DNA of 64,000 nt from a virus (taxonomy: Duplodnaviria; Heunggongvirae; Uroviricota; Caudoviricetes). A model generated the notes under the pieces. It had not been told where the DNA came from and ran no database searches. It saw only the letters and a list, made by a program, of their open reading frames with translations. This document shows, piece by piece, positions 1 to 10,000 of the stretch. The number at the start of each line of letters is the position of its first letter. The stretch's first letter is position 1. The stretch covers positions 45,238 through 109,237 of the IMG/VR virus record IMGVR_UViG_3300035034_002090. One strand, given 5' to 3'. A program made the translations under genes and the position numbers.

Positions 1-243
1 GATAACGCATCAGCCCCGGTGGATAGGGCTATCTCCCCCTCAAACATGGAGTGATCAGCAGTACCACTCTTTACTACAGTGTCCCTCAATCGAGACACAC
101 CCATAAAGGATTCTAGCTCGAAAGTCGGTTGGTTCGTGGCAACCACCGACTCATCGAACATCGTTTTCTGGCCAGAGATAGACCTCTGTGGCGAATTATC
201 TTATCAATCATGCCTCTTATGAAGCTTGTCATAGTGTTTCCTA

Positions 244-930
244 TCAGGGCCGCCAGAATCCTCGGAACCTAACGTTCCAGACAAGCTCGAACGCTACGGC
301 TATCATCTTGTCGCTTACCTTGCTTTTCTTTTTAAGGAGCTTGGGGGTATTGAGCCTGAGATCGAAATCCCTCTTTCCTGTTTCTTCCCGAAGAAGTTCC
401 AGCACTTTCTTTTCTAGCGCCTCTCCAAGCCTCCCCCGGTGATACTCTTCTTGCAGGATGGAGATGAATACCTCTTCTGCATGTTCGCTCGTCACACCTT
501 TGAGCATTTGCCGTCTCACGTCCCTGTCATTAAGGGCGTCTGTGACAAGATCGGCCAGATGCCTGTCTGTTCTCTCTGCCAGTCTTTTTTCAAACTCCTG
601 CCAATCGATAACGATGGCTATCTTACCTCGAACGTACAGCGGGGTCTTGCCGGGGTCATGCCAGTCATCTCCGGTGTTATGACGTTTGAATGCTCTATCT
701 GAAAACCCGGGCTTGCTGCCCTTCTTTCCTCGGAGCAGTTCAAGCTCGTGGATTTTTCTAGTACGTGATAGGGAGTCTTCGATGGCGTCAAACAGAGCCC
801 AATTAATGTCTTGAGGCACTACCTCATCGTCACTTCCTCCCTTGAATTTTCCAACGATGAAGTCGCCAACCTTCTTTGCAAACTTAAGGCTTTTCAAAAG
901 GGCTTTAGGTATCAGATTAAGCATGGACAT
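244..930 (-). CDS. hypothetical protein (228 aa)
   Basis: Long ORF divergent from the + strand operon; no recognisable motif. Confidence 0.7.
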   Translation of the reverse strand: MSMLNLIPKALLKSLKFAKKVGDFIVGKFKGGSDDEVVPQDINWALFDAIEDSLSRTRKIHELELLRGKKGSKPGFSDRAFKRHNTGDDWHDPGKTPLYVRGKIAIVIDWQEFEKRLAERTDRHLADLVTDALNDRDVRRQMLKGVTSEHAEEVFISILQEEYHRGRLGEALEKKVLELLREETGKRDFDLRLNTPKLLKKKSKVSDKMIAVAFELVWNVRFRGFWRP

Positions 931-997
931 CTCCCGGGCATCCTAGTGTCTTAAGGAATACTCCCTTGCTTTGCACTCAGATTCAACTCATGCATCG

Positions 998-1027
998 TTG
1001 ACGTTGGGGTCGGTTTGCGAATAGAAT
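998..1027 (+). promoter_or_regulatory. sigma70-like promoter
   Basis: TTGACG-N18-TAGAAT upstream of ORF 1052. Confidence 0.5.
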
Positions 1028-1051
1028 ACCCAGCGAGCCGCAAGGATCTAT

Positions 1052-1807
1052 ATGAATAAGAAACCTATACATAAAGAGAAGCGTAACCCTCTTTACAGTT
1101 GGCTATACACGCCATCTTGTACGGGGATGGTCGTAAGGAGTACCGGAAAAACGAGAGAGAGGGCTTTGAATATCATTTCGAAGCGACACATCTTCTGGTT
1201 TAGGCCATCTCACAATCGCGTCGACGCCGTTGTGAGAGGGTCAGAGAAGGACTATCTGGTCAATCTGGACTTTGAACACCATCACTTTGGCGACTTCGTG
1301 GACGGTAGTATGCTTTGTGATTGCGAAGCCTTTACCTTCAGGGATGGGCCTTGTAAGCACATTGTTGCTGTCGCTGCCGAAGCTATAACGCGCATCGAGG
1401 GTGGTGACGCCACCACTTGGATGCGAGAGGTGTGTTCAGAGTCTAGAAATAGTGGCGAGCAGTACAAGCCGTGGGAACGCAAGCCTCAGATTGATGAGGA
1501 AATAGCAAAAGTGCACAATGCTACCGTGGAGGTGGTTAAGAAGCATCGAAAGGAAATTCGATGCTACTCCCTCAAGAGCGGCATGTTTTGGACAGGATCC
1601 CTGCCCTTGCCTGAGATAGGAGAGAGCATAAAGGCCAAGCTCCCTACCGGTGACGAGATCGATGCAGAGGTTCTGCGTGAATTCAGTGAGGACGAGAACA
1701 GTATGTTGGGCTATTGGGTTCGGCTAGAAGACGCCCCTGATATTTACAAAAACGACGAGATCGTGTTGTATGGATCCGAGATGATCAGGAGGGCCTCCGA
1801 TGATTGA
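1052..1807 (+). CDS. SWIM zinc-finger protein
   Basis: Y-x-V...CDCEAFTFRDGPCKHIVAV fits the SWIM CxC-xn-CxH pattern. Confidence 0.75.
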   Translation: MNKKPIHKEKRNPLYSWLYTPSCTGMVVRSTGKTRERALNIISKRHIFWFRPSHNRVDAVVRGSEKDYLVNLDFEHHHFGDFVDGSMLCDCEAFTFRDGPCKHIVAVAAEAITRIEGGDATTWMREVCSESRNSGEQYKPWERKPQIDEEIAKVHNATVEVVKKHRKEIRCYSLKSGMFWTGSLPLPEIGESIKAKLPTGDEIDAEVLREFSEDENSMLGYWVRLEDAPDIYKNDEIVLYGSEMIRRASDD

Positions 1808-2012
1808 GGTTCCCAAAAACCCCCGATCGTCTCTTAGTGAAGATGCATGGCGCACACTGATGTCTGTATCTTTAGATGAGGGGAAAAGCATGAAGGCGGT
1901 CGTGAGTGAGCTTATCTGCTCAACCTATCCTGAGCATGTACCGCCCCCAAAGTTAGTTGAAGGTCAGATTGAAATGCTCCCGGAAAACGAAAAGGATGGA
2001 GATGAAAGATAA
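1800..2012 (+). CDS. small protein, possibly ribbon-helix-helix DNA-binding
   Basis: SLSEDAWRTLMSVSLDEGKSMKAVVSELI resembles RHH helices; overlaps upstream stop. Confidence 0.45.
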   Translation: MIEVPKNPRSSLSEDAWRTLMSVSLDEGKSMKAVVSELICSTYPEHVPPPKLVEGQIEMLPENEKDGDER

Positions 2013-2226
2013 CCAAAAGTTAGTTTTCCCGGGGACAGCTGATGGAGAGTACAAGTTTCTCAAATGCCCCCTACTAGGGGAGTTGAGATGCACACTACTG
2101 TGCGAGACAGTCTGCGCCGATACCGGCTGGGCAGACAACAAGTCCAAGCGGGTTCGTTCTGAATGCGAGAGCTGGAAGAAATATAGAGAACTCCAACAAG
2201 AGGAAGAAGATGTCGAGAATAGCTAG
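2002..2226 (+). CDS. small Cys-rich hypothetical protein
   Basis: GGAG RBS before ATG 2002; five Cys. Confidence 0.55.
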   Translation: MKDNQKLVFPGTADGEYKFLKCPLLGELRCTLLCETVCADTGWADNKSKRVRSECESWKKYRELQQEEEDVENS

Positions 2227-2500
2227 CATGTCCGCCACCAAGCTCAAAAAAGACACCGTTGAAGGGATGAGGGTAATCAAAAGAGCCCATCAGCTCGACG
2301 AGAAAGCCACAGAACGTGTTGGTCGAGCTGTATATAAGACTCTTGAGACGGCTCCATCAAGACTGACAATCAGCCAGACCCTGTATGACGTTGTCGATAT
2401 GGACGGCACTCATCGAGAGATGACCAAGCGGCAGGCAAAGAAAGCCTACTCGCCGAGGCAGGTCCGAAGAGCGCTCAAGCAAACCCGTAGGAATGCATGA
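2210..2500 (+). CDS. basic hypothetical protein
   Basis: ORF coupled to upstream gene; GAGGA RBS. Confidence 0.6.
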   Translation: MSRIASMSATKLKKDTVEGMRVIKRAHQLDEKATERVGRAVYKTLETAPSRLTISQTLYDVVDMDGTHREMTKRQAKKAYSPRQVRRALKQTRRNA

Positions 2501-2583
2501 CTTTTGTTTTGGTCACGGGTAGTAATGCATAGTGCTGATCAACTGCTTGATCTCCATGCGGGATCAACACAAGGAGGTAGGTG

Positions 2584-2823
2584 ATGGAAAACACCATCAA
2601 CGACAATCAAGATGAAGCTTTCGATCGTCTGGTCGAGATGGGCGGGGAGGACAAGTGGATCCCTAGAGACAACCTGTCTGTCCATCACAATACGGTAAAA
2701 GCTCTCGCTCGCCGCAAGCTTGTCCAGCTGAGGGAGTTTGATGGCAAAGAGTACGTAGCCGTAGCAGGTGTCATTTTACCTCCACTCATGGAGAGTGGAC
2801 GGGATGAGGCGTGCTCTGCCTGA
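2584..2823 (+). CDS. hypothetical protein
   Basis: Strong AAGGAGG RBS; about 79 aa. Confidence 0.6.
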   Translation: MENTINDNQDEAFDRLVEMGGEDKWIPRDNLSVHHNTVKALARRKLVQLREFDGKEYVAVAGVILPPLMESGRDEACSA

Positions 2824-2901
2824 TGTTACAGTTAGCCTTATGCGTTATGTCACTTGCTTATCTTGTAGCGCTCTATCTTCGAGCGCGATAGTGAGGTTTT
2901 T

Positions 2902-3789
2902 ATGAGTCCGGAAAAGTACAACGCAAAATTTGTCCCGATATTTGCTCCAGATGGTTTTCCGGATACTTGGAAGCATGACGCCAAGGCGCTCTACGGTGAT
3001 GATCCGTCTGATGCCCTATTTACCGCAGCCCTGAAAGAGGTTCAGCATAAGCTTGGCCTGAAGGTAGACGGATACTGCGGACCCGCTACAATCGATGCCA
3101 TGGCCGATTTCGATCGTGGCCTAATGTGCCGTGACCCCAATACGAACGGAAGTATTGTAGTAGGGCCTAAGAGTTACCGTGTGCCTTTTCCCGTAGTTAC
3201 GTACTTTGATGATTTTACCATCGGAGACACCGTAAGTAGGGTGAGGAAAACCCCTGTCAGCTCTATCGTGACCCACTACGATGTTAGCTATAGCGCTCGA
3301 AGCACTGAGGAAATACTCCAGAACCGTGGGTACTCCACTCACTTCATTATAGATGGTGATGATAAGGGTACGATCTATCAGTGCCATAACCCTACCACGC
3401 GAGTGGCTGTTCATGCTGGTTCATTTAATAGCCGCTCGATAGGCGTCGACCTGAATAATCCAGCCTCACCGAAGTATCAAAAGGCTGATGCGAAGAGGCG
3501 CGGCCGAGAGCGTCAAATCGTCGAGCTTCAGATCAACGAATCAGGCTATCGCCGCCTGTCCTATTTCCCAGAGCAAATTCAATCCTTCAACGCTTTACTT
3601 GATGTCCTGTGCAAGTCTACGTCCGTACCTCGGATGTGTCCCCGGGATGACCAAGGCAAACCTATCGTAGGTGTATTTCTGAACGCCGACAGTTTCGAAG
3701 GCATCCTCGGGCACTATCACCTGACCCGAAGAAAGTCGGACCCAGCTCCACTGGATTGGGATGCTGTCTGCCCGAACGCTAATACTTGA
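2902..3789 (+). CDS. N-acetylmuramoyl-L-alanine amidase (Amidase_2) with N-terminal peptidoglycan-binding domain; probable endolysin
   Basis: LKEVQHKLGLKVDGYCGPAT (PG-binding); IVTHY, STHFIID, HAG..N.RSIG, GHYHLTRRKSDP Zn-amidase motifs. Confidence 0.85.
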   Translation: MSPEKYNAKFVPIFAPDGFPDTWKHDAKALYGDDPSDALFTAALKEVQHKLGLKVDGYCGPATIDAMADFDRGLMCRDPNTNGSIVVGPKSYRVPFPVVTYFDDFTIGDTVSRVRKTPVSSIVTHYDVSYSARSTEEILQNRGYSTHFIIDGDDKGTIYQCHNPTTRVAVHAGSFNSRSIGVDLNNPASPKYQKADAKRRGRERQIVELQINESGYRRLSYFPEQIQSFNALLDVLCKSTSVPRMCPRDDQGKPIVGVFLNADSFEGILGHYHLTRRKSDPAPLDWDAVCPNANT

Positions 3790-3845
3790 ATATGTGCACT
3801 GGTCATGATTATTTTTATATGAACCTAACTAAACAAGGAGACGTT

Positions 3846-4082
3846 ATGAGCGATCAAAAAAATAACGAAGTGCAGGAGCGGCCACTATGTCTAGGTGGCT
3901 TCACCAGCAAAGAGCAGGCTCAGGCTGAGAGAGCCCTCGGTAAATCAGGATTTCTAACCGAAGAGCTTCCCGCCGGTGGTCTTACCCAAGAATCCTTTGA
4001 CGGCCCTCCGCCTGCTGGCGACGAGTCGGATTCCGAGGAAGAAGGAGAGTCGGATTCAGGTACTGAGGAAGATGACGAGTGA
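3846..4082 (+). CDS. small acidic hypothetical protein
   Basis: AAGGAG RBS before ATG 3846; D/E-rich tail. Confidence 0.6.
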   Translation: MSDQKNNEVQERPLCLGGFTSKEQAQAERALGKSGFLTEELPAGGLTQESFDGPPPAGDESDSEEEGESDSGTEEDDE

Positions 4083-4780
4083 GCTTAGACGAGTTCGGCG
4101 ACCTCATTGTTTGCTCTAGCTTGAAGTGTGCCTCATGTGAGCTGGGTCGTAAGTCTAGGTTCGATCCGCCACTCAAGCACATCAATCGCTTCTCTGAAGA
4201 TGAGATTGAAGAAGGCAAGCACCTCCAACGGGTCATGGGGTTTGGTTACGAGGGATGCCCCATAATCTTAGTTGGCGAGTATCCTCGGGATATTGAGGAT
4301 GACTCAGCAAATCACGGTGCGTTCGGGGTTGCAGAGGCCGAGTTTTTGAGCAAGACGTCTGGCCCCCTTAAGCCGGTTTTACGGGCGGTTCAGCGAGTAG
4401 GTATTCCATCTAGGGCTGTTTACAGCACAAGTGCAATCAAGTGCGCAGTACCCAAAGGCGCTGAAGCAGAGGCTAGGCATAAGTCCTCGTGCCTAGTGAA
4501 CCATCTAGGGGTTGAGATCGAGCATATCGAACCCGCTGTAATTTGGGTGACAGGTGCAGTGGGCATGGATATGGTACGAAGACATTTCAAGCCATCTGAC
4601 GTACCAAAATTATCGCCCGGTCAATTTCACATTTTCAAAGCGCCCAAGATATGGAGATTCCAGACAATAATGATCTTGAGAACCCATCACCCCTCTCAAG
4701 TGAAGATAGGTACGGCGAGTTACGAAGGTATCGAGATGGGTTGCCTGAAGATGATGGATTACCTCGCGAACGCACTTTAG
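4079..4780 (+). CDS. uracil-DNA glycosylase family 4-like protein (divergent)
   Basis: CxxC, ILVGEYP (cf. GEAPG), IKC, C..L..EI..IEP..I...G, HHPS motifs. Confidence 0.75.
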   Translation: MSLDEFGDLIVCSSLKCASCELGRKSRFDPPLKHINRFSEDEIEEGKHLQRVMGFGYEGCPIILVGEYPRDIEDDSANHGAFGVAEAEFLSKTSGPLKPVLRAVQRVGIPSRAVYSTSAIKCAVPKGAEAEARHKSSCLVNHLGVEIEHIEPAVIWVTGAVGMDMVRRHFKPSDVPKLSPGQFHIFKAPKIWRFQTIMILRTHHPSQVKIGTASYEGIEMGCLKMMDYLANAL

Positions 4781-5073
4781 ACGGCCGACAAATTCATCGT
4801 ATACCAGAGAGTGGTATACCTCTAAAGCCCTTGTCTAGGCGTCAGATTATCTACGGACGGTGGCACTCCTTTTGTGCTTGGTTGTTTTACTGGCTGTACG
4901 GATGGTTGCTCTGGAAGGGTCTGAGGAAGCTTGGCGCGAAGCATCTCAAGAAAGCATTTTTCTTCACAGATGGAAAAGTGCCCCTCACTGATGAGTCGAT
5001 AAGAAGGAATGGAGTGAATGCCGATCACAGGCACCTTGATAGGGAGGTGTCTATTACGGATGATTCTGGTTGA
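4651..5073 (+). CDS. hypothetical protein with a hydrophobic segment; true start uncertain
   Basis: Fills the gap between UDG and UvrD; WHSFCAWLFYWLYGWLLW segment. Confidence 0.4.
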   Translation: MEIPDNNDLENPSPLSSEDRYGELRRYRDGLPEDDGLPRERTLDGRQIHRIPESGIPLKPLSRRQIIYGRWHSFCAWLFYWLYGWLLWKGLRKLGAKHLKKAFFFTDGKVPLTDESIRRNGVNADHRHLDREVSITDDSG

Positions 5074-5096
5074 CCTAATATGACCTATCGAGCACA

Positions 5097-7010
5097 ATGC
5101 CGACGACAATAAAAAGGGCAAAGGAATCATTCATGGATGACTCAAAGACCCTTTCGTCCCTAGATCCAGATCAGCGCACTGTTGTCACACATGATGGCAG
5201 TGATTGCCTTGTTCTTGCTGGGGCCGGAAGTGGTAAAACTAGATCTCTGGAAAGTCGCGTAGCTTGGCTTATTGAGCAGGGGCAATCACCTCACAGAATT
5301 GTTGCCTTCTCCTTCACTAGGCGAGCAAGCAGCGAGCTAAAGGAAAGGGTGGCGCGTACTCACCCGCGTGCTCACGAGGTGCACATAGGAACCTTTCATT
5401 CGCTGTGTCTCGGCTTCCTTAAGGAGTACATGGGGCATCTTACGCCCTTGCACCCGTCAGACGCGAGGCGGATCATCAGGCGGCAGTTCTCTGACGTCAG
5501 GTGGAATAGCGAGCTGCCAGCAGGATATGTTCTTGCGTTATTTGACGCCGCAAAGAGCAAGGGGCTTGAAGAGACGGAGTTTTACGAATTCTTCGCGGAG
5601 GCCAACAGTAAGCAAGCCTCAAAGATGATGCAGATATTAGCCTCCTATGAGACCTACAAGCAGGCTAATTCGCTAGTCGACTTTGCGGATATGATATGGA
5701 GGTTCTGGAGGATGCTCCGGGGCGATGACAGGGTAAGGAACAGCACTAGAGAGCGATTTGATCATGTGCTGGTGGATGAGGTGCAGGATCTGAACCCTGT
5801 TCAGATCTACGTTGCTGATCTGATGACAGCCCCTGAGTCATCGCTGTTCATGGTGGGCGACCAAAGACAAAGTATTTACGGATTCAGAGGCGTAAATCTA
5901 GACGTGCTGGACGAGGTCGCTGACAAGAGGGACATGAAGAGGCTTTCGCTTACGCGGAACTACAGATGTGCAAAGGGCATTGTTACTGTATCCAACTCTC
6001 TCATCGAATATGCAGATCGCGCTTTCCCGCCTATGGATAGTCAGCGAGATGATTGGGGGGAGGTCAGGAGTTATGTGTTTGAGGACTCCAATGCAGAAGC
6101 TCTGTTTGTGGCTAATTCCATCAAAAAAGATGTTGAGGGCGGTACATCACCGGACGAGATTGCCTGTATTTACAGGACGAATGCTCAGTCCCAATACCTA
6201 GAGGCATCCCTGAACGGCGTGGCCATCCCCTACGAGGTGAGTGGCCATAATAACTTCTTTCAGTCCCGAGAAGTGATGGATGCAATAGCCTACCTCAAGA
6301 TTGCATCTAACCCCCGAGATCTTGAAGCTCTCCTAAGGGTTTACAGCAGCCCATCGAGGTACTTGGGAAGAAAGTTCGCTGAGGCCGCTAAGGATGTATG
6401 GGAGGAATCCCCAAGCATAGACGTCTATGATGCACTAGATGTCGTTGCCTCTCGCATCTATCGCTCAAGAAGATCTATTCTCACGCTTAAGAGCGACATC
6501 GCAGACTTAGCAAAAATGATAGCATCGGGTGCCAACACTCAGAGAGTCCTTCAGGATGTGTACGCGGTTAGGTCTTTGGTGGATACATCTAAGACGTTCT
6601 ATGACGTATATGCGGATTGGGAGGACCACAGGGGAGAGAACCTCGATGCCCTCCTAGATCTGTCTCATGTAATTCCAAGTGTGGAGGACATGATTTCTTT
6701 CGCTGAGGTCAATGCCCAGAGCCGAAGTGATGCAGATGGAGAGCGCGTCAAGCTTCTCACTATTCATCGCTCGAAAGGTCTGGAGTTCAAGAAGGTCTAT
6801 TTCGTAGGATGTACTGAGCGCATCGTTCCTCACCAGCTGGGTGAGGTTTCCGAGGAAAGAAGATGCGCCTATGTGGCGATGACCCGCGCAAAGGACGAAC
6901 TTGTTATCACATCGTCTCGAAACGCGTTCGGGAAACGAGCAGGTCCTAGCCGATTCTTTGCGGAACTTGGATCCACACCAGCCCCTCCCTCCATAGATGA
7001 CGTATCATGA
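5097..7010 (+). CDS. uvrD: UvrD/PcrA/Rep SF1 DNA helicase
   Basis: LAGAGSGKT, DEVQD, VGDQRQSIYGFRG, LTRNYR, TIHRSKGLEF, EERRCAYVAMTRAK. Confidence 0.95.
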   Translation: MPTTIKRAKESFMDDSKTLSSLDPDQRTVVTHDGSDCLVLAGAGSGKTRSLESRVAWLIEQGQSPHRIVAFSFTRRASSELKERVARTHPRAHEVHIGTFHSLCLGFLKEYMGHLTPLHPSDARRIIRRQFSDVRWNSELPAGYVLALFDAAKSKGLEETEFYEFFAEANSKQASKMMQILASYETYKQANSLVDFADMIWRFWRMLRGDDRVRNSTRERFDHVLVDEVQDLNPVQIYVADLMTAPESSLFMVGDQRQSIYGFRGVNLDVLDEVADKRDMKRLSLTRNYRCAKGIVTVSNSLIEYADRAFPPMDSQRDDWGEVRSYVFEDSNAEALFVANSIKKDVEGGTSPDEIACIYRTNAQSQYLEASLNGVAIPYEVSGHNNFFQSREVMDAIAYLKIASNPRDLEALLRVYSSPSRYLGRKFAEAAKDVWEESPSIDVYDALDVVASRIYRSRRSILTLKSDIADLAKMIASGANTQRVLQDVYAVRSLVDTSKTFYDVYADWEDHRGENLDALLDLSHVIPSVEDMISFAEVNAQSRSDADGERVKLLTIHRSKGLEFKKVYFVGCTERIVPHQLGEVSEERRCAYVAMTRAKDELVITSSRNAFGKRAGPSRFFAELGSTPAPPSIDDVS

Positions 7011-10000
7011 GTAAGTCCATATCACCCTCGGATCTTGTCTCGTTCATTTCCGAGCTGTTTGAGTTTAATGACAGGCCCGGATCCCTTGTTGCTTTTCCGG
7101 CGGCCAAGCCTGAGTGGCTAGATGGCATACCATCTAACCATGATGTCATCTGTGTTTCTGAGCACGTCCAGTCAGAGTCTCAAGACGGTCGCGTTTTAGT
7201 TGGGCGTTCTTTTTACAGGGCCGTTCCATTTAGCGCGGACTTCTATATAGCCATAGGGAAGTCCGGCGTCATCGAGGCTCCGATGCTGAGCTTGCAGTCT
7301 GCTCGGTTCGGGCCATTTGGTCCTTCGAGCCGCTCAGACATAGAGCCAGCACTGATCGAAACCTGTCTATCTGGGGCTAGGCGCTTTGCCTGTGCTTTGG
7401 TCCCGCGACGATTCATTGTCGGCGATGCGTTTGCAAAGGTTCGGGCGTGGGTGAGAGCCAGCTCGGCCGCTGAGGCGCTCCGGGTGTCCATTGATTCCGG
7501 TGTAATCGACGGTTTTGGTGACCACATGATGCTGATGGTATGGCATGTGGGTCAGTCCTCGAAGAGAGACAAGCCCGTATGGGCGAGGGTTCAGAAGCCG
7601 GATGACTTCGACGACGTGATTGTTGACTGGCAACGATCGAACTGGAGAGCTGCACTTTTCGATGAATACAAGCGAATCAGACTCTCCGGTAAGTGCTCAA
7701 TGCCTGAGGATTTCATGCGGGATGAGCCTGATTTCCGGGTGGAATTCAGGTCTGACGATTCGCCCGTGGCGTCTGAGAGGCTCAAGGTGTGTGTCGACGG
7801 CAACGGTGGGGCGCTACGTCTGGTAGCCCAAGACGATGGCGCTCTTGCTTCCCTGAGAGCTGCAAAGAGGATGCTTGGGACCAAACGAGACCAAGTAAGC
7901 AAGCAACGAGTACCAACGTTAGACTTTCGCCTGCGCGCAAGGTGGCTTGTCAGACAGGATAACGGCCTCGACAAGATAGTAGATGTCCTTGAGAGCTTCG
8001 GGTTTGACGTCGAGATCTCCGACGACGTACCGGGATGGCTTCAAAGCATCAACAACCGATACCGGCGAGAGATAGCTCCCTTCGAACAGAACATTCAGGT
8101 AGATGATGGCTGGGAATGCCTTCATCAAGAGAGGGGTGTAGAGAGTGCTCTCTCAGATCTCTATCAGAACAACCTGAAGCGGCTAGACACTGATCTTCCG
8201 TGGCCACTGTGGAAGTTTCAGGAGAGGGACGTCGCCAGAATGCTGTGTAAACCGAACTCGATGTATGCTGCTTTTATGGGTGCCGGAAAAGCCTCTACTC
8301 TGGACGCTAAAATCCTGACCCCTTCTGGCTGGGTCAGGATGGGCGACATCACTATAGGTGATCACGTAACTGGACGAGACGGTAAGCCTCATAAAGTCGT
8401 CGGCGTGTACCCGCAAGGAAAAAAAGAGGTTTATCGAGTTACCTTCTCTGATGGCGCATCAACGGAGTGCTGCGACGAGCATTTGTGGAACGTAATGTCA
8501 CCTCAGTTGAAGAATCAAAGCAAAGGAGGCTACGAGAGATGGCAAACTAAGTCCCTTCGACAGATCATGGATGAGGGCCTTAGAGATAGGTGGGGCAATC
8601 TCAAGAACTTCATCCCAATGGTGGAGCCCGTTGAGTTTACCCCTGAAAGAGATCTTCCTGTCGATCCTTATCTCCTTGGTCTTCTTCTGGGAGATGGTTA
8701 TCTCGGTAAAACCACGCCATCAATCTCAACGGCTGACGAGGCTATTATAAAGGAGGTAGCTAGACTCATCCCATCCGGTATGGAGGTTGTCTATTCTTCT
8801 GGATATGACTACCGACTCGTTAACTATGGGGAGCGCGTAAACCCACTCTATGAGCATCTTGATGATTTGGGCGTTGCTGGGAAGCTAGCTCAGGATAAAT
8901 CTGTTCCGGAAAGATACCTCTATGCCTCTATCGAAGACAGGCTTTCACTCCTTCATGGGCTGATGGACTCTGATGGTACACCATCTCGACTAGCAGCTAC
9001 TTTCTGTAGCGTTAGCAAAAAGCTAGCGGAGGATATGACCCACTTAGCAAGGAGTCTTGGTGGTACAGCTACTATCAAATCCCGACAAACATCCTATACC
9101 CACAATGGACACAAGCGAAAAGGGCGTATGTCTTGGAGGGTTAGGGTTCGCCTTCCAGAGGGGATTCCTCTTTTCAGACTCAAGAGAAAACTGGATCTTG
9201 TCGAAGGCAAAGGTAAGCCAGACCCCACTAGATCTATCACGTCTATAGAAGCCGTGGGCGAAAAGGAGTGCCAGTGCATACAGGTAGATGCGGACGATCA
9301 ACTATATGTAACCGATGACTTTATTGTAACTCACAACACCCGCCTATCGATGTCTTACATCTGGATGCGCGGAGGCCGAAGAAATTTGGTGGTTCTTCAG
9401 TCCAGATTGATTGATGAGTTCATTGAGGAAGCTGAGAAGATTGGATTTCCCCTCGAAGACATACATGTCATCGAGCAGATCGAAGACGCTGAGCCCGAAA
9501 ACCTAAAGAGACTCAACCTCATCTCCTACTCCAAGGTCTGGAAGCAGGTAGGTAACAGTGTCAGACCGCTTCCGGAGGACGCACCCAAGTCTGCCAAGCC
9601 AGATGCCTGCAAGACAATAGCGCACGTCTTGAGGAAGACTAGGTTCAACAGCCTCATATTTGACGAGGCTCACTATCTCAAGGGTGGACCGTCAACGATG
9701 CAAGCGCGCTACTCTATGCTTTTCAGATCTAAGCACGTCTTGCTGATGTCAGGAACGGTAGCCAGAAACTATCCAAGAAACCTGTATCCGCTCATGGTCC
9801 GGGCATTCGGGTCTTCCTCGACGTCATGTCAGTGGGCATACGGCATCCCGGTCGAACATCCAGACAAAGCAGACTCGTGCACTTCTGGCACAAGGGTTTT
9901 CAGCGATAAGTTCGTCGAAACCACCTATGTGAGTTCGCAATTCTCAGAGACATCAGAGGGACCCAAGGGCCGGGAGCTACCAAAGGTGCCGGATGATGCT

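Noticed and set aside
1-232. Minus-strand ORF(s) at the left edge (MTSFIRG... 40 codons; MFDESVV... open to the edge in another frame)
   Set aside because: Truncated and ambiguous; no canonical slippery site links the frames
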